From NCBI RefSeq assembly GCF_964194025.1, contig NC_134475.1, positions 66,588,001-66,652,000 of the forward strand: DNA of 64,000 nt, written 5' to 3'. This document shows positions 25,940 through 39,796 of the stretch, piece after piece. The first letter of the stretch is position 1. Each line of letters opens with the position of its first letter. The position numbers and the translations under genes are program-made. The notes beneath the pieces were generated by a model. That model was not told the origin of the DNA. It made no database searches and saw only the letters and a list, made by a program, of their open reading frames with translations. The stretch is from Convolutriloba macropyga (lineage: Eukaryota).

Positions 25940-26317
25940 GGCCGACAGGGCGTTAAGCCGACAAGTGATAAATTTGAAATTTAGCCATCAGATTAAATCT
26001 AATTGGTCAACGGATCGTTTCAACAAAGGCCTCCCCTTTTGAAACCTAGAAAATAATTGTCCCCACCCTTCTAAAATACACAATGTATTTACGGTTCAGA
26101 TAAGTTCTGATTGTTCAAAAATGTGTTCATTTAAACTCTAGTCAAAAATTATCTCCCTCCCCTTTTGCAATGGGGAAGGCGAATGCTGGTAAGATCTTGG
26201 TCGTCAAATATATTCGGTCAAAAGACCACCATTGGTCCAACCAATTTTATACGCGCTGTCCAGATGTCGGATTAAATTCTCATTTTTGGTTGTCGGCTAA
26301 ACACTCGGGTGATCGGC
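25940..26317. mobile_element. MITE family copy 1 (GGCCGACAGGG..TTAAGCCGACAA / TTGTCGGCTAAAC..TCGGC)
   Basis: Imperfect TIRs, similar to 30549-30728 and 44199-44395. Confidence 0.55.
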
Positions 26318-27685
26318 AAGAACTTTTAAGGGCATTGAGCAATTATGTGATTTTTACCTTGCTTTCTATGTACGTTTGATTGAAGTATACAAACAATTTA
26401 TTGTTGGTGCATTTTTACAGAGGTATGGATGTATATAGTTTGTTCATTTAAGAAAGGTGGTTGAGGCTGTTAGAAGTGTTTGAGTGCTAATTGAGAATTG
26501 TAAATGAACCTAAAAGCTGTCAAAGCTAATCTGAGGTTCAGACAGTATGCATACATTACCACCACTACCACCCCACTATAGCACCCTCATTTGAAAACCC
26601 TATCACGTCTCTGCTATATTTGACACGTAGGGCTTCAAATCTACTGCTTTCAATAATCACCCCTCTTTCTAGCACTCTAGTTCCTACAACACTACCCCCC
26701 CCCCCCTCCCCCCTCCCCCGGTCTAACAATTCCTCACTCTAATATTGCATCTCACATGCACTTAACAAGACTACCTCGGTAGGTGTATGAACTGAATTTT
26801 GTACATTTATGAAATGTTCATTAATTTTGAGGAGGAAATATTTATTTTGAAAGAAGGGAAACAAGGCTGTTATTGCGTATACAGAGCAATTTCTTATAGT
26901 TGCTTCCCAAAAACATGGAAAAAGTAGACTGCTGAGATATTGTGGATTTTGAAGGTAAACAAGACGACTCGTTTGAGACTGTGCGTAGCACAGAATTTTC
27001 CAACTTATGTCTGAAATTTGTCAAAAAAATTTTCTGTGTTCTGAGAAGAAGAGCTTTTTTAAGTAAATTTTGTGGGGAAACTCAAATTCCTGAGCAACCC
27101 TGAGTGTGACTTTCGTTATTATGAAGAAGATCAAGTTCAGAACAATGAACATTGAGCAAATTTTTCCAGAGGTAAAACCATAGAACTCGTCAATTCTTTC
27201 CAATATAAGACAGCTTTCCACAGAAACTTTTTTTTTCTCATAACAAAATGCATTTTTTATTTTTGGCAAACTGAAAAATTTTGCTTTAAAATGTATCTAT
27301 TGTGCAACAATTTGAACAATTGAGTGTTTTGTTAGACGCGATTCAAAATTTGGGCTGAGCTCGATTTCACCGCGGATACTTACGTTAAGAAGTAACTAAA
27401 CTTTAATGAGGCGCGAACTTTTTTCCAAAAAATTTCCGCTATGTTTTTTGTAAATTACTGACAAGAATTTAAAATCAGGGCTCAATTAATAACTGATTCT
27501 ATTTGCAATAAACGAGGCCCAACGAGATTATAATATGGTTTCAGAGTTAAGCTCATGGTTCTTATGGCTCTGACAAATCGTTTTCGTAAAAACTTTGTGA
27601 TCTTGAATTTTGCTTTTATTCTATTTTTGAAGCCCAATGACTCAGTGTCCCCAACCAACGATCCAATTAATTTGAACATGAAGTA

Positions 27686-27801
27686 TGAAAGAACATAAAT
27701 AATTCTTTGAGTTGTTATGTAATGTCTGTTAAGACTTTCATAGAGGCATGAAACAACATAAACAATTTTTTGAGTTGTTATCTAATGTCTGTTATGACTT
27801 T
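27686..27801. repeat. ~62-bp tandem duplication
   Basis: ATGAAA.AACATAAA.AATT.TTTGAGTTGTTAT.TAATGTCTGTTA.GACTTT occurs twice. Confidence 0.8.
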
Positions 27802-28399
27802 GAATATATCTGTTTTTAAGAAAATATCTGTTAAATTTTGAACTCGGCATTTTTGAGCTCTAAATTGTATATTATTTCTCTCAACCTCGCGCGCAGTCTC
27901 AGTACATACAGGAAGAAAACGAGTTCTTTTCAAATTAATGCTTTAAAATTTAGTTAAATGAGTTACAAATTAATGCCGCTTACGGTTTTATATTCAACTA
28001 ATGTTTTTTTGTTTTTATTCTACTCGTTTTCATTTTATTTAATTTTTTTAGCATAATTGCAAATTTTATGAGATCCCTTTTGTTTCCTTGTCAAATTAAC
28101 ACGTTATTGACGAGTCCACATAAAGGAAAGCATAGTAGGGGAAAAGTACAACGTTGGGAAAAGGCGTATCTGGATATATTAACAGTTTTTGTTGAACAGT
28201 TTATGCTTTTTGGGCTGAGACACAGTTATCTCGCAAAAATTTGTGTATTTTCTGTTTTGGCCTATGTTTGTCTTTTTGTTGTTGTACGCCATATACCTTA
28301 TAACGACGGCGACGGGTCTCAATTGCTTCTCTAGGACGTATACCTCAACCTAGTTAAAAATTTCATTTAATAGCTGTTTGTTTTATTCAAGTTTCAAAA

Positions 28400-29640
28400 T
28401 TCAAAAAGAAAAATAAAATTTTTCAACTCACTTCTTTGCTTTTTTGTCACCATGTAACTCAATATCCTTAGTTAGCAGCATCAATTTAATTTGTTTTGTT
28501 GATTCAAACTTTTTCTTGTGCTTGGTTGTTCGTTATGACTGATTGCTTTGATCAATTACTTTCGTCAGAAGTTTTTGAGATTTCTATATTGTTCTATTTT
28601 TGGGTTTATTGCCATGTCTACGTAGTCCCTCTATAAGGAAGACTCGTTGATGTTATCATGAGGAGACAAAAATGAGTTTCAGATAACATCTTATAATTAT
28701 AGCGCCTTGAACAGCGTGATGTCGTAAAATGTTTGAAGTTTTGGCTTCTCTATATATTTGTTGATATTTAGCGGGGTCGTGACTTAGTCTCATTTTAACA
28801 GACCCTATTGGCTTCCTGAGGTGTTGCATTTCAATCCATCATCTTTTGTTGAAATGTTAAGTCTGTTAAAACATTTAAAAAGTTGTTTTCAAAAACATAT
28901 TTGAGTTTTTGAGATTCGTTTTTTTTATATACTTTCTTGGTCGATTTGTAGCTCAGTCTCTGTAAACTCGGGTGAGCACTCGTTTCCAGTGAGCTATAAT
29001 TTGTTCTTTATAACAGTTTTAGCTTCTTCAAACATTTGTTTCTTGGCTCTGTTACTACTGTTACTACGAGATTTTATAAAATGTTTGAGATTTTTTTTAT
29101 TAGTACAATTCAAAGGGTTTTTGTTTTCCTTTTAATATATAACAATAATCGTAAGATCCATTGGCTTTCAAATTTTGCACAAATGAAAGTTGGATAATGA
29201 AATGTCTCAGTTGCATTTTTTGGAATTATAAATGAACATTTTAATGAATTCAGTTGATATCTAATGACATTAATAACTGTGATATTGTTTTCAAAAATAG
29301 AAAAGTGTTTTTGAACTTCGCACTTCTTTACTCTTTTTTGTCGACCCCTTAACTAGTTGCTTTGTTGACAGGTCTCATATCATATTTAATGAAAAATAGG
29401 TTAAACTGTTTGTTTTTATTTTGTCTGATGCAAGTTTAATTTTGTTATGATTTCTTTTTTTTAGACATCGAGTTTTGGTCGAAAATAATGTTTGTCGTTT
29501 GATTTTTTTATTGTCATTTTTAGTAGTCCTATTATCAACAATTTTCATCGACCCTCTAGTGTGGAATTATAGTATTCCATTGGTTGTTTATTGAACGATC
29601 TGTATGTTTTGATAGTTCTTATCTCTTCATCATTGTTTGT
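28400..29640 (-). mobile_element. Possible highly decayed non-LTR retrotransposon fragment
   Basis: The minus strand is A-rich and coding-like, with a relic 'ITLFKAL..YKMLSE' resembling the RPITLL..YKILSK pre-RT motif (~28680-28730). No intact ORF. Confidence 0.3.
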
Positions 29641-30548
29641 AGCCAATTAAGTCAAGAATATGGATGAGCGTGGTCGGAACATTATGTGCTTACGCACATT
29701 ACTGAGCCTCCTTGTTTTTCTTTCTATTTAAACAGCTCCCTTTCTCAACCTGCAATGAAATTTGTAGTTGCTCTATGAAAATCAAAATTAGCCTTCAAGG
29801 GCTACAAAATGATCTCCATCTACAATGCGTGAGCAAAAAATTAAATTTTGACAAGAAAACAGAACAGCCTCGCATATATATTCCCCATTGTAGATTCCTC
29901 ACAACAAAATTTCAAATTAACAGCTATTTTTGTCTTTTTGTTCATGCTTCTTTACTTCTTATGTGCATATTTTTTGGAGGCGAAAATTCAGGTATTTTGA
30001 ACCAAAATTGATAAAATTGCAACCACTTGCTTCTGCTGAAAAAAATTACATCCACCAATAATCATTTAACTTATCATTTAACTTGTTTTTATCACTTATC
30101 TAAAATTTAACGGAAAATCCAGTTTAAAAATCTATAAATCGTAACCATAAAATGGATTGAGGAAATATAATTTTTGGAAGCTTCAATGATACGATTATGA
30201 CCATGCAAAGATATTAAAATATCGAAAGCGTGTTTCCACGATTTTTCCACTTTAGTTCACTGTGACGTGTTTATTGAACTGAATGGCTGAAAAATCAGAA
30301 GGAGAACCATTAAACGATTAATCGTTACTTTGAAGTTGTTTGATACCCCTTAAAAAGGGGACAGTATTCTCATATTCCTGTATTGTGTCTAAGCCAGTCG
30401 ATTAAGCGCTGCGTCTTTGAACTTGAAGTCTTAATGGAGACAAAAGCCCTGGTTTTGTTTGTTTTCCTGTTTGTCTGTTTGTGCATTGATTATTTGCTCT
30501 TTTGTATCCCCACGTGGCTAAGCATGTATGAAGACAATAACCGGATTG

Positions 30549-30728
30549 TCCGATAGTGCGTTTAGCCGAAAAACAAAAACTGAGATTTTGTCAACAACCC
30601 TACCGCACACTAATTTTAGTGATTGAACAAACTGGTGATATTCTGTCCAATCAGATTTGTCGACCAATCAGAACTAAGCTGTCAGCTAAATTTCTCATTT
30701 TTTCTTTTCGGCTAAACCCCCTATCGGC
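30549..30728. mobile_element. MITE family copy 2 (inverted relative to copy 3)
   Basis: CCGATAG..TTTAGCCGAAAA / TTTTCGGCTAAACCCCCTATCGG TIRs; the interior matches the reverse complement of ~44200-44300. Confidence 0.6.
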
Positions 30729-33700
30729 TACGGTTCATAGCACCCAGTATGAGAGATAGTAGTCAGTTCACCTGCAATTTCCCCCTCAAACCGCATCAAA
30801 AAGATCAATTCTTCAGTTTTTATGAGCAGTTCAAATTGATATTTTATACTCAAAATAGAGAATGGATATTCAACCGTGAAATTTTGCTGGTGTCAAGTGA
30901 AATTTGCTCTTCATAATTTCTGTTTCGAATGACGTGAAATCGTCAATTAATGCAAACAAAAATTTGTTCCATTTTAGGGTACATTAATTAAACGTTTCTA
31001 GTCTGTCTAGCCTAACTTGACCTCTATAACTTGAGAAAACTTGATTAACAAACAGACACAAATTAAAAAACACAGAGTTTGATAATGAAATTTGTTCAAA
31101 TGTCGATCAGTTTTTGATTATGGCCCGCCTATCCTGACGCGCAATAATGGAAATGCTAAAACCTGCGTAACTTGTTGAACAAATCTCAGCCTTTTCGCAA
31201 ACTTACGTCATCTAGATTTAATTAGAAAATATATGACGTAAATTTGAATCTCAAAATTTTTTTTGACAAATTAATAAATCCTACGCTAATTAATAAATCC
31301 TACGTTTTTATAGGTTTTTAAGCGATGCAATACAAAATACAGGCTAATTATAGTCAGGGAATGAATAAAAGCTAAAGTTAAGGGAACTATCGCTATCAGT
31401 ATTCACAAATATATGTAAAAATACGCTTTCTTTTGCATTGGCTTGATATAATGGAACATTTCACCATGGAAACTAATAGTAGAAAAAATCAATTTTTCTA
31501 GGAACAAAACAGGAGTGGTCATATGAGTTTGTGAATGGCAAAGAATTGTTCGTCGTCAAAGCACTCAAATTATTTTTTAAAAATTAGCTATAAAAATTAT
31601 CAGTTAGTATAGATTAAGTCATTAGTCATAACACTAGTCATGAAAATTGTTCATTTTAAAGTCAAATTGATCTAGTATCTTATTGATTTTAAGTCTATGC
31701 AGCTCAATCCACAAAAACCTATCTAAAAACAGTTTTGCCTAAATCAAACAGCAACAAGTTTTTATTGTTAGCCACCGTTATGTTAACCAAGTTAATTGTT
31801 TTTACGAATATCGCAATAGCGAGAATTAAGACGAAAAATCTCATACCTGCCAATTTGATTTTCGTGGGTACATTTTGCCAAATTTTGATAAAACAAAGTT
31901 ACTCACACTTATCAGAGACAAAAAATTTTTTGCTATTTTCTAGAAAAAGCTATTAATGTGAAGAACCGTCTGAAAATTCAGATTTTAATGCTCAATAAAA
32001 CAATTGCAAACATGACGATTTAGGGAGCACAATTTAGTACCAAAAAATTTTCTGACTTTGACATCTTAAGACGAAATACCAATTATGTGATTTTGATTTG
32101 AGACATTTAAACTAAACTTTTGATCCCAGTCCAGAGTCGGGCAAAATTTGGAATAAGCGCTTTTCTTCAAACACTTTTCCAGGCCTAAAATTAATTCTGG
32201 TATACTTTATGTCAAGATCAATTTAGAATACTGAAATTGTTCAACAGGACAAGTCTGCAATAATTGTTTTCCAAAGGTACCAAAAGAAAATTTAAAGTCT
32301 CTTAAAAGAACAAGGCATTTAATAAATGTGCAAAATTGCAAAAAAATATTATCTCATCAAAGTCATAGTTTTTTTTGTAAAACGTTAAAAAATCTCTTTG
32401 AGTCTAGCGATAAAATGACTAAAGTTTGACAACTATCAACTTTGATTAAAGGTGAGGAAAATTAGGTTCACCGAAAAGAACACAAACTATGATTGAAGTC
32501 CTTTCGTTGGTCATATTTTTTGGAATACGTGCTTATACTGTAAGTTTCTATTGCTAATCGTGCGATACAAATTATCAAAATATTTTATAAAAGGTGTGCC
32601 AGAAAGTGAGTACAACAAGTTTTATTTTAATAAATTTTTTTAATAACTTTGTTAGGTCTTAATTTATTAATCGCAGTTAACGAATCGTTACTCGGAGATT
32701 TGAGTACGACGTTGATGTTGATATTCATGATGAGATCAATCTTTTGAAAAATCTGGCTTTTATTGTAAAACTTGTGATCTCAGGCCATGCTCGAGAAACC
32801 AGTGACAAAGGAATATTGAGAAAAAAACGTACTATTTTCGTCGGTAGTTGAAAGTATAGTAAATAGAGCGCCTGATTTTCAAAAAAGCCGCAAGAATTTT
32901 TACTATTGTTTTCGAAAAGGGTCTGTATTTTTTTCCAATGGATAAACAGATAAAAAATTTTCATTTAGGTAAAGTAGGCAAAAACTGTAACTAGACCTTC
33001 GTGTAGCTAGTGTAATTATTTTTCAGGTAAATGAAATACAAATTTATGAAAAGCAGGCACAAAAAACTATTGAATTGATATCATTGAAGTGTATCATATG
33101 ATCATATTGAAGTTCAGTAACGGTTTCTACATTACATCCATTACGTTTTTTTTTTAAATTGTTTGCTTGATTTTCCCCTTTCAATAAACTTGGGCCATTT
33201 TTTAATATAATATTGAATAAATTCTTTCTCAAACTGATACCAAATGACAGAATAAACATACAATCAGTAAGTTATTATAAGTTTGTAAGAGCACCATTAG
33301 ACTATTACTGTCCGTTCTCAGGTGTCTTGATTCTCAGGTTTCTTGATATAAGTTTTTTCTCAATGATGCATACTATCGATCTCACTTTCTTTTAGAGTGT
33401 TGTTAATGTGCCTCTTTTGCTTAATGATTTATTATCTCGTAGAGGCAATTTTCTTCCAAAAATCAATTCTTTTATATGAAAAAGCCGATTTTTTGAAAAT
33501 GCGACCTCTTTTGTTTTTATTCCACTCATAGAAACTTGTAAAATAGTGATATTCTTTAGCAGTGGCTTGAACTGAGTGTGATTTTTCAATAAAAAATTAG
33601 AAGATTTTGTTAATAGGGTCATAAATAGGATGCTAATCAGGGATATAATTGAGAGATAAATTCAACTGGTAAAGTCACGCTTTTTCAGATAGCCAAGGTT

Positions 33701-36700
33701 GAATTACGATATCTACCCCTCAGTTATCCCCAGACTTCAAGGAAATTGGTGACGTGTCATCAGCGAGCAATAAAAAATCAAAAACCCAAATTTCAAGTGC
33801 AGCCTAGATCATATGCGTAAGAGGCGTCTGGCCCCAATTAACCGTGGCAGCCTTTGAACTATGTCTGGTTTATTCCTCAACCTCTAATTTCGCCCCCTTA
33901 TTTGATCCTCAAATTCGCCCCCAAAAAGTGAAATACAAACCCACTTTTACTCCGCTGGGGTTATCCAAATTTGCATATCCAGCACAACACGACAACCAAC
34001 ATCAAAACTAATACATATATTTATAACTGGAATAAATAATGATATTCGCCGGTAGGGTTTTATTGATTTATTTTGAATCAAACGGAGAATGGACTACACG
34101 AGACTAGCATCGCAAATCCTTCTCAGCATTATTTGATTGAAATTTACTCGAGTGTAAAACACACAGTAGACTCCTTTTTTGCTGGAGTGTGTATGGGTGT
34201 GTGTGGTAGTGGGAAAGAATATCATTTGATGTCTGATATTGAGACCTTTTATACTTGGCCTAGAACTACACCCCCCCCCCCCCCTCTTTAACCATAGTGC
34301 CTTCTGAAAAGACGATCGATGAAAACTGTATTCAAAGGCAACCCTCTGACAAATATACAAACACACACAAACATACAGATATGTTTAATTACGCACATAA
34401 AACTATACACAAACAAAAAAAAACAAACGCAAACACACACAAACAAAAAAATAAATAAATGTACGAAAACTTGTTTTAGAGGCATACCTAATAATCTACG
34501 TCACTGGCATTTTGTCATTTTTTCTCATTAAGCCCCCGGAAAAAACATTTTCATTAATCACCCGCAGTAAAAAGTAATTTTCTCTGCAGATAACTACAAT
34601 TTAATATGCACCTTGATTTCAAGCACTTCAATATCAGATCCTTGATTTTTTAGCTGTAAATATATAAATATGGCAATTTAAAATGATGACGCATTTACAT
34701 TTTTCAAATCACAATCTCGAAACCACACGAAAAGGGTTCTAAACTCGTGTTTAATGACAAAATTGAAAAACGTCAAGCGATAAATTGCGTTTCAGCTTCT
34801 CAAAATTGATATCGTCACCAATTTTAGTTTTTATACAGAATATTAAGTATTTTTAGTCAATACATGTATTCATTCCTCATCAAACTACATGTTTGACGGG
34901 GGCTATAGGCGCGAATCGTAAACTCAATACTAAAAAGGAAATGAAAAATTGAAGCAGGGGGATATATATCTCTTTCCTTTCTTCGCCCTCTCTTTATTTC
35001 CTTGGGCAATAAAAATGAGCCCTGCAGCAGTGCAATATAAAATTAAGTCTCAAAGGTGATGCGCTAATGACACTACAAGATTAGGCGGATTTTTTATCCC
35101 TTTGTTACCCCCTTGCAAAATGGGGTTGGAGAGGGTTGCACCCGGGGGACCAATTTGGGGTTGGTGGTCGGGTGGCGTGACTTCGCACCAGTTTTATGTC
35201 TTTGTGTTAACTGGTATGCTGAAAATGAAGCAGCCACTCATTCACACTTTCATTCTTTTGTTCATTCTCTGTTCATTCACATTTCGTGTTCTTGAGTCAC
35301 GTGACTGTTCAAAGGACAATAGATCAGAATTAAGTTCAATCACAGCTCAGTAATTAAAACTCTTAAGCATTATGATAGAATGGTAGACATAATGAAGACA
35401 GCATTCTATTTATAAAAAAAACACCAACTTGAAGTTCATCCGAGAATTAAGTAAGAATTGCGGTGAAAAGACATTTTCACCAACAAAATACGACATCTTT
35501 GAGCGGTGAATCTAGCGGTGAATTTTCTTTTCGTCACATTTTTTGTGTAGACTGAGAGAAAAAGCTACTGTAAATTAAGCACAGTTTGACCAGAAGATCT
35601 ACTTGTTCAAAGTACATTTTGCCACAGAGTTGAAGCCTTGAGGAACAAGAAAGAACACGAGAATAGGTTATGTGAGTCCTAATTTAGAGAGCTTGACCAG
35701 TTGGTGTAACGGTTAGCACGCTAAGATTTCAAGTACGAGATGCTGGTCCATTTTTTCTGGAGACTTTAACGGGTGAAAATTTGACTGGGAAACTGGAACC
35801 AATAAACATTTTGCGGAAATTTTTGGACTGGTAATATTTTTTGAACAGCAGATATCTAGAACAGCTGTTATTTGAACAGCGTTACTAGAATGTGCCTGTA
35901 AATATAAGAAGCGTTTGCTATGAAAAGTGTTTTTCCTGAATCGGGGTTAAACGTTTCCCTTTCCGACCCGTAAGGATTTTGTAGCTTTGGTATTGGTGAG
36001 CTCAAAAAAATTACAATTTATATATTGTATTTAATTTATGTGATATGATTGTCGAGAAGTTATCGAGGTCATCATTTCGGTATAGGCGTAGTCAAAGTTA
36101 AACAAACTTTGACTGATTCGGAGCCCTCGAATTCATTGGTGTCAATAAATAGGTGTCAGTCATTAATGCCTCTTTCGAATAAACGTATCAACTATGGTCA
36201 GCCGAGGGGTTCTAACTTTCGCAGACATCGAACAAATGAAATTCAGTTTATTCACAAAAAATACAAAAATTAATTTGTGCTGATCATCACCCGTTTTTTA
36301 CATTTGATTTCAGTGTTGTGCTTTAATGCGTAGGCCTTGGCGATTTCTGAACTATCGGCACACAACTTGTAGGTTGGGCTACATTTGTAATAGTCACTAT
36401 TTCATTCTATTTTGGTAAATAATTGATCGAAAATGGTGGAATGGAATGGACATACGTGACAGTGACAAATAAGTGTAATTTCTGTGGCCTCAAATTTTAA
36501 GGCTACTAAAGTCCACATAGGCGTTCATCGATCTCACCTACTTCTGTTGACCTTTCAAAGTGCAAAATGCCTGCAAACAGTTTTTCATTTTTCTCGGGTA
36601 TTTTTAGGCCTCGACAATCACCTGTTATTTCAAAGCTCATATGGAAAAGTTATGTAGGGCGTTTTTTTTAGGTCACGCAATTATTGAAACACCGCCTAAC

Positions 36701-37162
36701 TTTTTTTCCCCCACCTGGAGATATTCACCTTGTCAAATTGATAAAATTATCACATTTTTAAGGGCAAAAAATTATTGAAATGTCGGTTGCTTTCTGTACT
36801 TCTTATTCAGCTAAAACTACACATAAAATACAATGAAACATTGTTTTTGTTCACAGATGCTAAGGAAAACAAAAGGTCTTGTTCACAGGGGTGTAAGAAG
36901 GAAACAGTTTCAATTTAATCAAAACTTTTGTTAATCAAAACTTTTGTTTCATTTTGATACTTTATGCAGCTTTTTAAGTAATCTTGCAATTATTATCAAT
37001 CTTCATTTCAATGCAGAAATCGGTTCCATTAAAATCATTTGCAAGGAATCAATTATCATTTTGAGCCGTCTGTTGGTTCTCAGGGAACAAATGCCTGAAA
37101 TAATGCCAAAGTATAAATTATGTTGTAAATTAAATGCATTAATCATTTTTTAAGTCGTCTTT

Positions 37163-37478
37163 TAAGTGTAAGAAATGATCGTTTCTTCGTCGTTTTTTGT
37201 CGTTTCTTACGTCGTTTTTTTTTTCAAAAGAAATCGTCGTTTTTTGATCGTTTTTTCGTCGTTTAATTGATCTTGAACTAGTTTTTCTCTATTAGATTGT
37301 TTTGGCATGATTGTATTAGGAGCTGATAGCGCAGTTGTGAGTGCATCAGGTAATTTATCGGGAGTTCAAAGCTTCGAATCCCCGACGAAACAACGAAAAA
37401 AACGACGATTACCACGTAAGAGCTTTGATCGGTTTTATCTGATGAAAACGATTGAAAAACGGCGATTTCTTACAAGTG
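37163..37478. mobile_element. Non-autonomous CACT-type (CMC/EnSpm-like) element with GTCGTTTT subterminal repeats
   Basis: TGTAAGAAAT..CGTTT mirrors AAACGGCGATTTCTTACAAGTG. (GA/G)TCGTTTT is repeated on the left arm and AAAACGA on the right arm. Confidence 0.6.
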
Positions 37479-38314
37479 AAAAACAAAATTCCTCAACACG
37501 GTTGGCACGAAATGAGCAGAAAAACTGTTTATACTTTGCTAGTTATTTGTTTTAAAACAGTAGCTTGGTATAGTCCAAGCATTGGTACACTCACGAAATT
37601 GACCATGAGCTGAACATGGGATAAATATAACATAACAAGATACAGAGTTCACTTTCTTTTATCTTTTCACGCGGCCATCTGCCTTATAAGGGCAGAGACT
37701 GAAAAGACCCATTTTGCCCAAAGTGCGTGTAACACCGACTAAACAACTTTTATCTATTCAATTCTGTTTTCTCGTTTGCTTTTTAGTATCTATTAAGTTT
37801 TAATAAGCAAGAAGAAGAACAACTAAAATGTACAACATGTTTTGACAACTATCAACGCAGCATATAGACTATGGTTAATTTCGTCTAGTTTTAACCGTAA
37901 TAAGGATAGTTGATCTATTTTATTTTATTGTCTATTTTGCTTTGAAGGGAAGTTGAGAAAACAACTTTTCCCTCAAGTTTCAAAGAAGTGAAGTTAATGT
38001 TTAATGCTGTTCAAAACACATTCGTGAAAGCTCATTCCCACTTTGTTTGGGATTTCTTAGCGACAGTTGTGAATTATTGATCAAAGTGGTTTTGATCCAG
38101 CTGTACTTGGGTCTAAAAGATTTCACGGCTCTGGCTAAACTTGATTAAATTTTGATAAGGCCTGGCTGTTGGTTTTAGCCACATGTGAGACAGAAATTGT
38201 TGACTCAATTATGAATCAATGGCTAAAAACCGACACATGTTGTATATAATCAATCCATGCATACTTATAAGAACAACCGGTCTCAAAAATGACAAAGGAA
38301 AGGTTCATTTTGTG

Positions 38315-38541
38315 CCCGGGTTGATCACCAGACACCCATATTAAATATTATATAAAATAAAAACATGTTTCGGTATATGAGGACTTTTCAACCGTTTTTG
38401 TATGGAATCCCAGATACAATATTTAAGCCCTTCGATGGTATCTTGTGTACTAAGATAAGAACTTGCATGAAAAATAGGCCTTCACATATGGACCAACCAA
38501 TAATGATCTTATGTATAATATCTAAGACGGGTCAACCCGGG
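38315..38541. mobile_element. Small MITE with CCCGGGTTGA...TCAACCCGGG termini
   Basis: A perfect 10-bp TIR with TG/TA flanks. Confidence 0.5.
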
Positions 38542-39624
38542 TAAAGACCGATTCAAAAACGCAAAATCACTTTGGAAATTTGAATAGGTTAAGAATAATA
38601 ATGATAAATTATTTGGGTATAATTAAGCTAAATGCATTTTTTGACAATTTTTCAGCAATTGAGTATCAGGTCCATTTTATTTCAACGCTTTCTCTTCCTG
38701 AATAGATACTGGAATCTCATCAGTTGGTTCTGCTATCTTTTTTATCGCGGTTTTAATTTGTAGAAATCGCATCCACGCTATATTATGTTTTCACAGCAAA
38801 GTTGATATGCCTATAGAAGGTTTCCATAGGGGCTTTGAATCGATGCTTCACGAATTAGCAAGCACGAGGTTTGGAAATTATTGGAGGCCATACACAGATA
38901 ACAAGCGCTTCAAGAGTTTGTTGTAGCACAACAAAGGGGGGAAGCAGATGGATAAAGAAAATGAGAAACATGGCAGAGTAAAACGAGTTCTCTGTTCCGC
39001 TAACGAATATCAGCAACTAGCTTATTTGCGAGTAATTGCTTCAAATACGTCATTTGAGAAACTATTTCTATCTGTTTTTATCGTGTAATTGTGTTTCAAT
39101 ATAATACATTTCATTTAAACGATGCTATATCTCTTTGACTATCAAGAGGGTCGTTTTTTCCATAGGTTTTAATTCCTTGGGCGTTTCTTTCGTGGGTTTT
39201 TCCCTACTAAATATTGGTTAGAATTGTTAGAATTTTTTTTCCGTGGGTTTTTCTCCGAAACTGATTTTTTGATGCTCTCTCCTTGACATCAAAAAAACAA
39301 AAAAAGCTTTTTTAAGTTTCTGTTTTTTTTAAGTTATATTAAGTTCAAAGTCATATTTTAAAATTGAACCACTGCCTCCTTAAATCAACTATTTCCCCTT
39401 TAATTATAGTTCAATACGGGTTTGACAACCCAGTGAAACGAGACTTGATACAACTTGATAATAAACATACTAAACCATGCTAAATCTAGCACGCAATTTA
39501 TCGTATGAGTTCTTAAGATTATTATTTTGTAACCATTTTAAGCTATTTTTTTTTTAAAAAATACCAATAAACATATTCATATTTCTGATCTAGCAGAATG
39601 TTAATTCGCTGTTCACTGCTTCAG

Positions 39625-39796
39625 CCGGGTTGGTTCTGGGGTCAAGTGAGTGTGGATGAGGCGGAAGCCCTTCTCAATGGGAGGGAAAATGGCTCCTTTC
39701 TGGTGAGGGACTCTGCCTCCAATCCTACTGGGGCATTCAGTCTCTCATTCAGATGCCAGGGTGCCACACATCACACTCGCATTGAAATCAAACACG
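39625..39796 (+). CDS. SOCS7: SOCS-family SH2 domain exon (SOCS7-like)
   Basis: PGWFWGQVSVDEAEALLNGRENGSFLVRDS..FSLSFRCQGATHHTRIE contains the SOCS GW(Y/F)WG and FLVRDS motifs and resembles SOCS7 SLSFRSQGITHHTR. The acceptor is CTGCTTCAG| and the donor CACG|GTTAGT. The subfamily call is by recall only. Confidence 0.85.

Noticed and set aside
35690-35750. tRNA gene candidate
   Set aside because: It has an A-box-like D arm only, with no T arm/B box or acceptor stem; at most a SINE/tRNA relic.
39594-39624. ORF-track start MLIRCSLLQ of the SH2 ORF (TAGCAG acceptor)
   Set aside because: The phase does not fit the upstream exons. The CTGCTTCAG acceptor at 39624 gives a phase-0 join and places GWFWG correctly.
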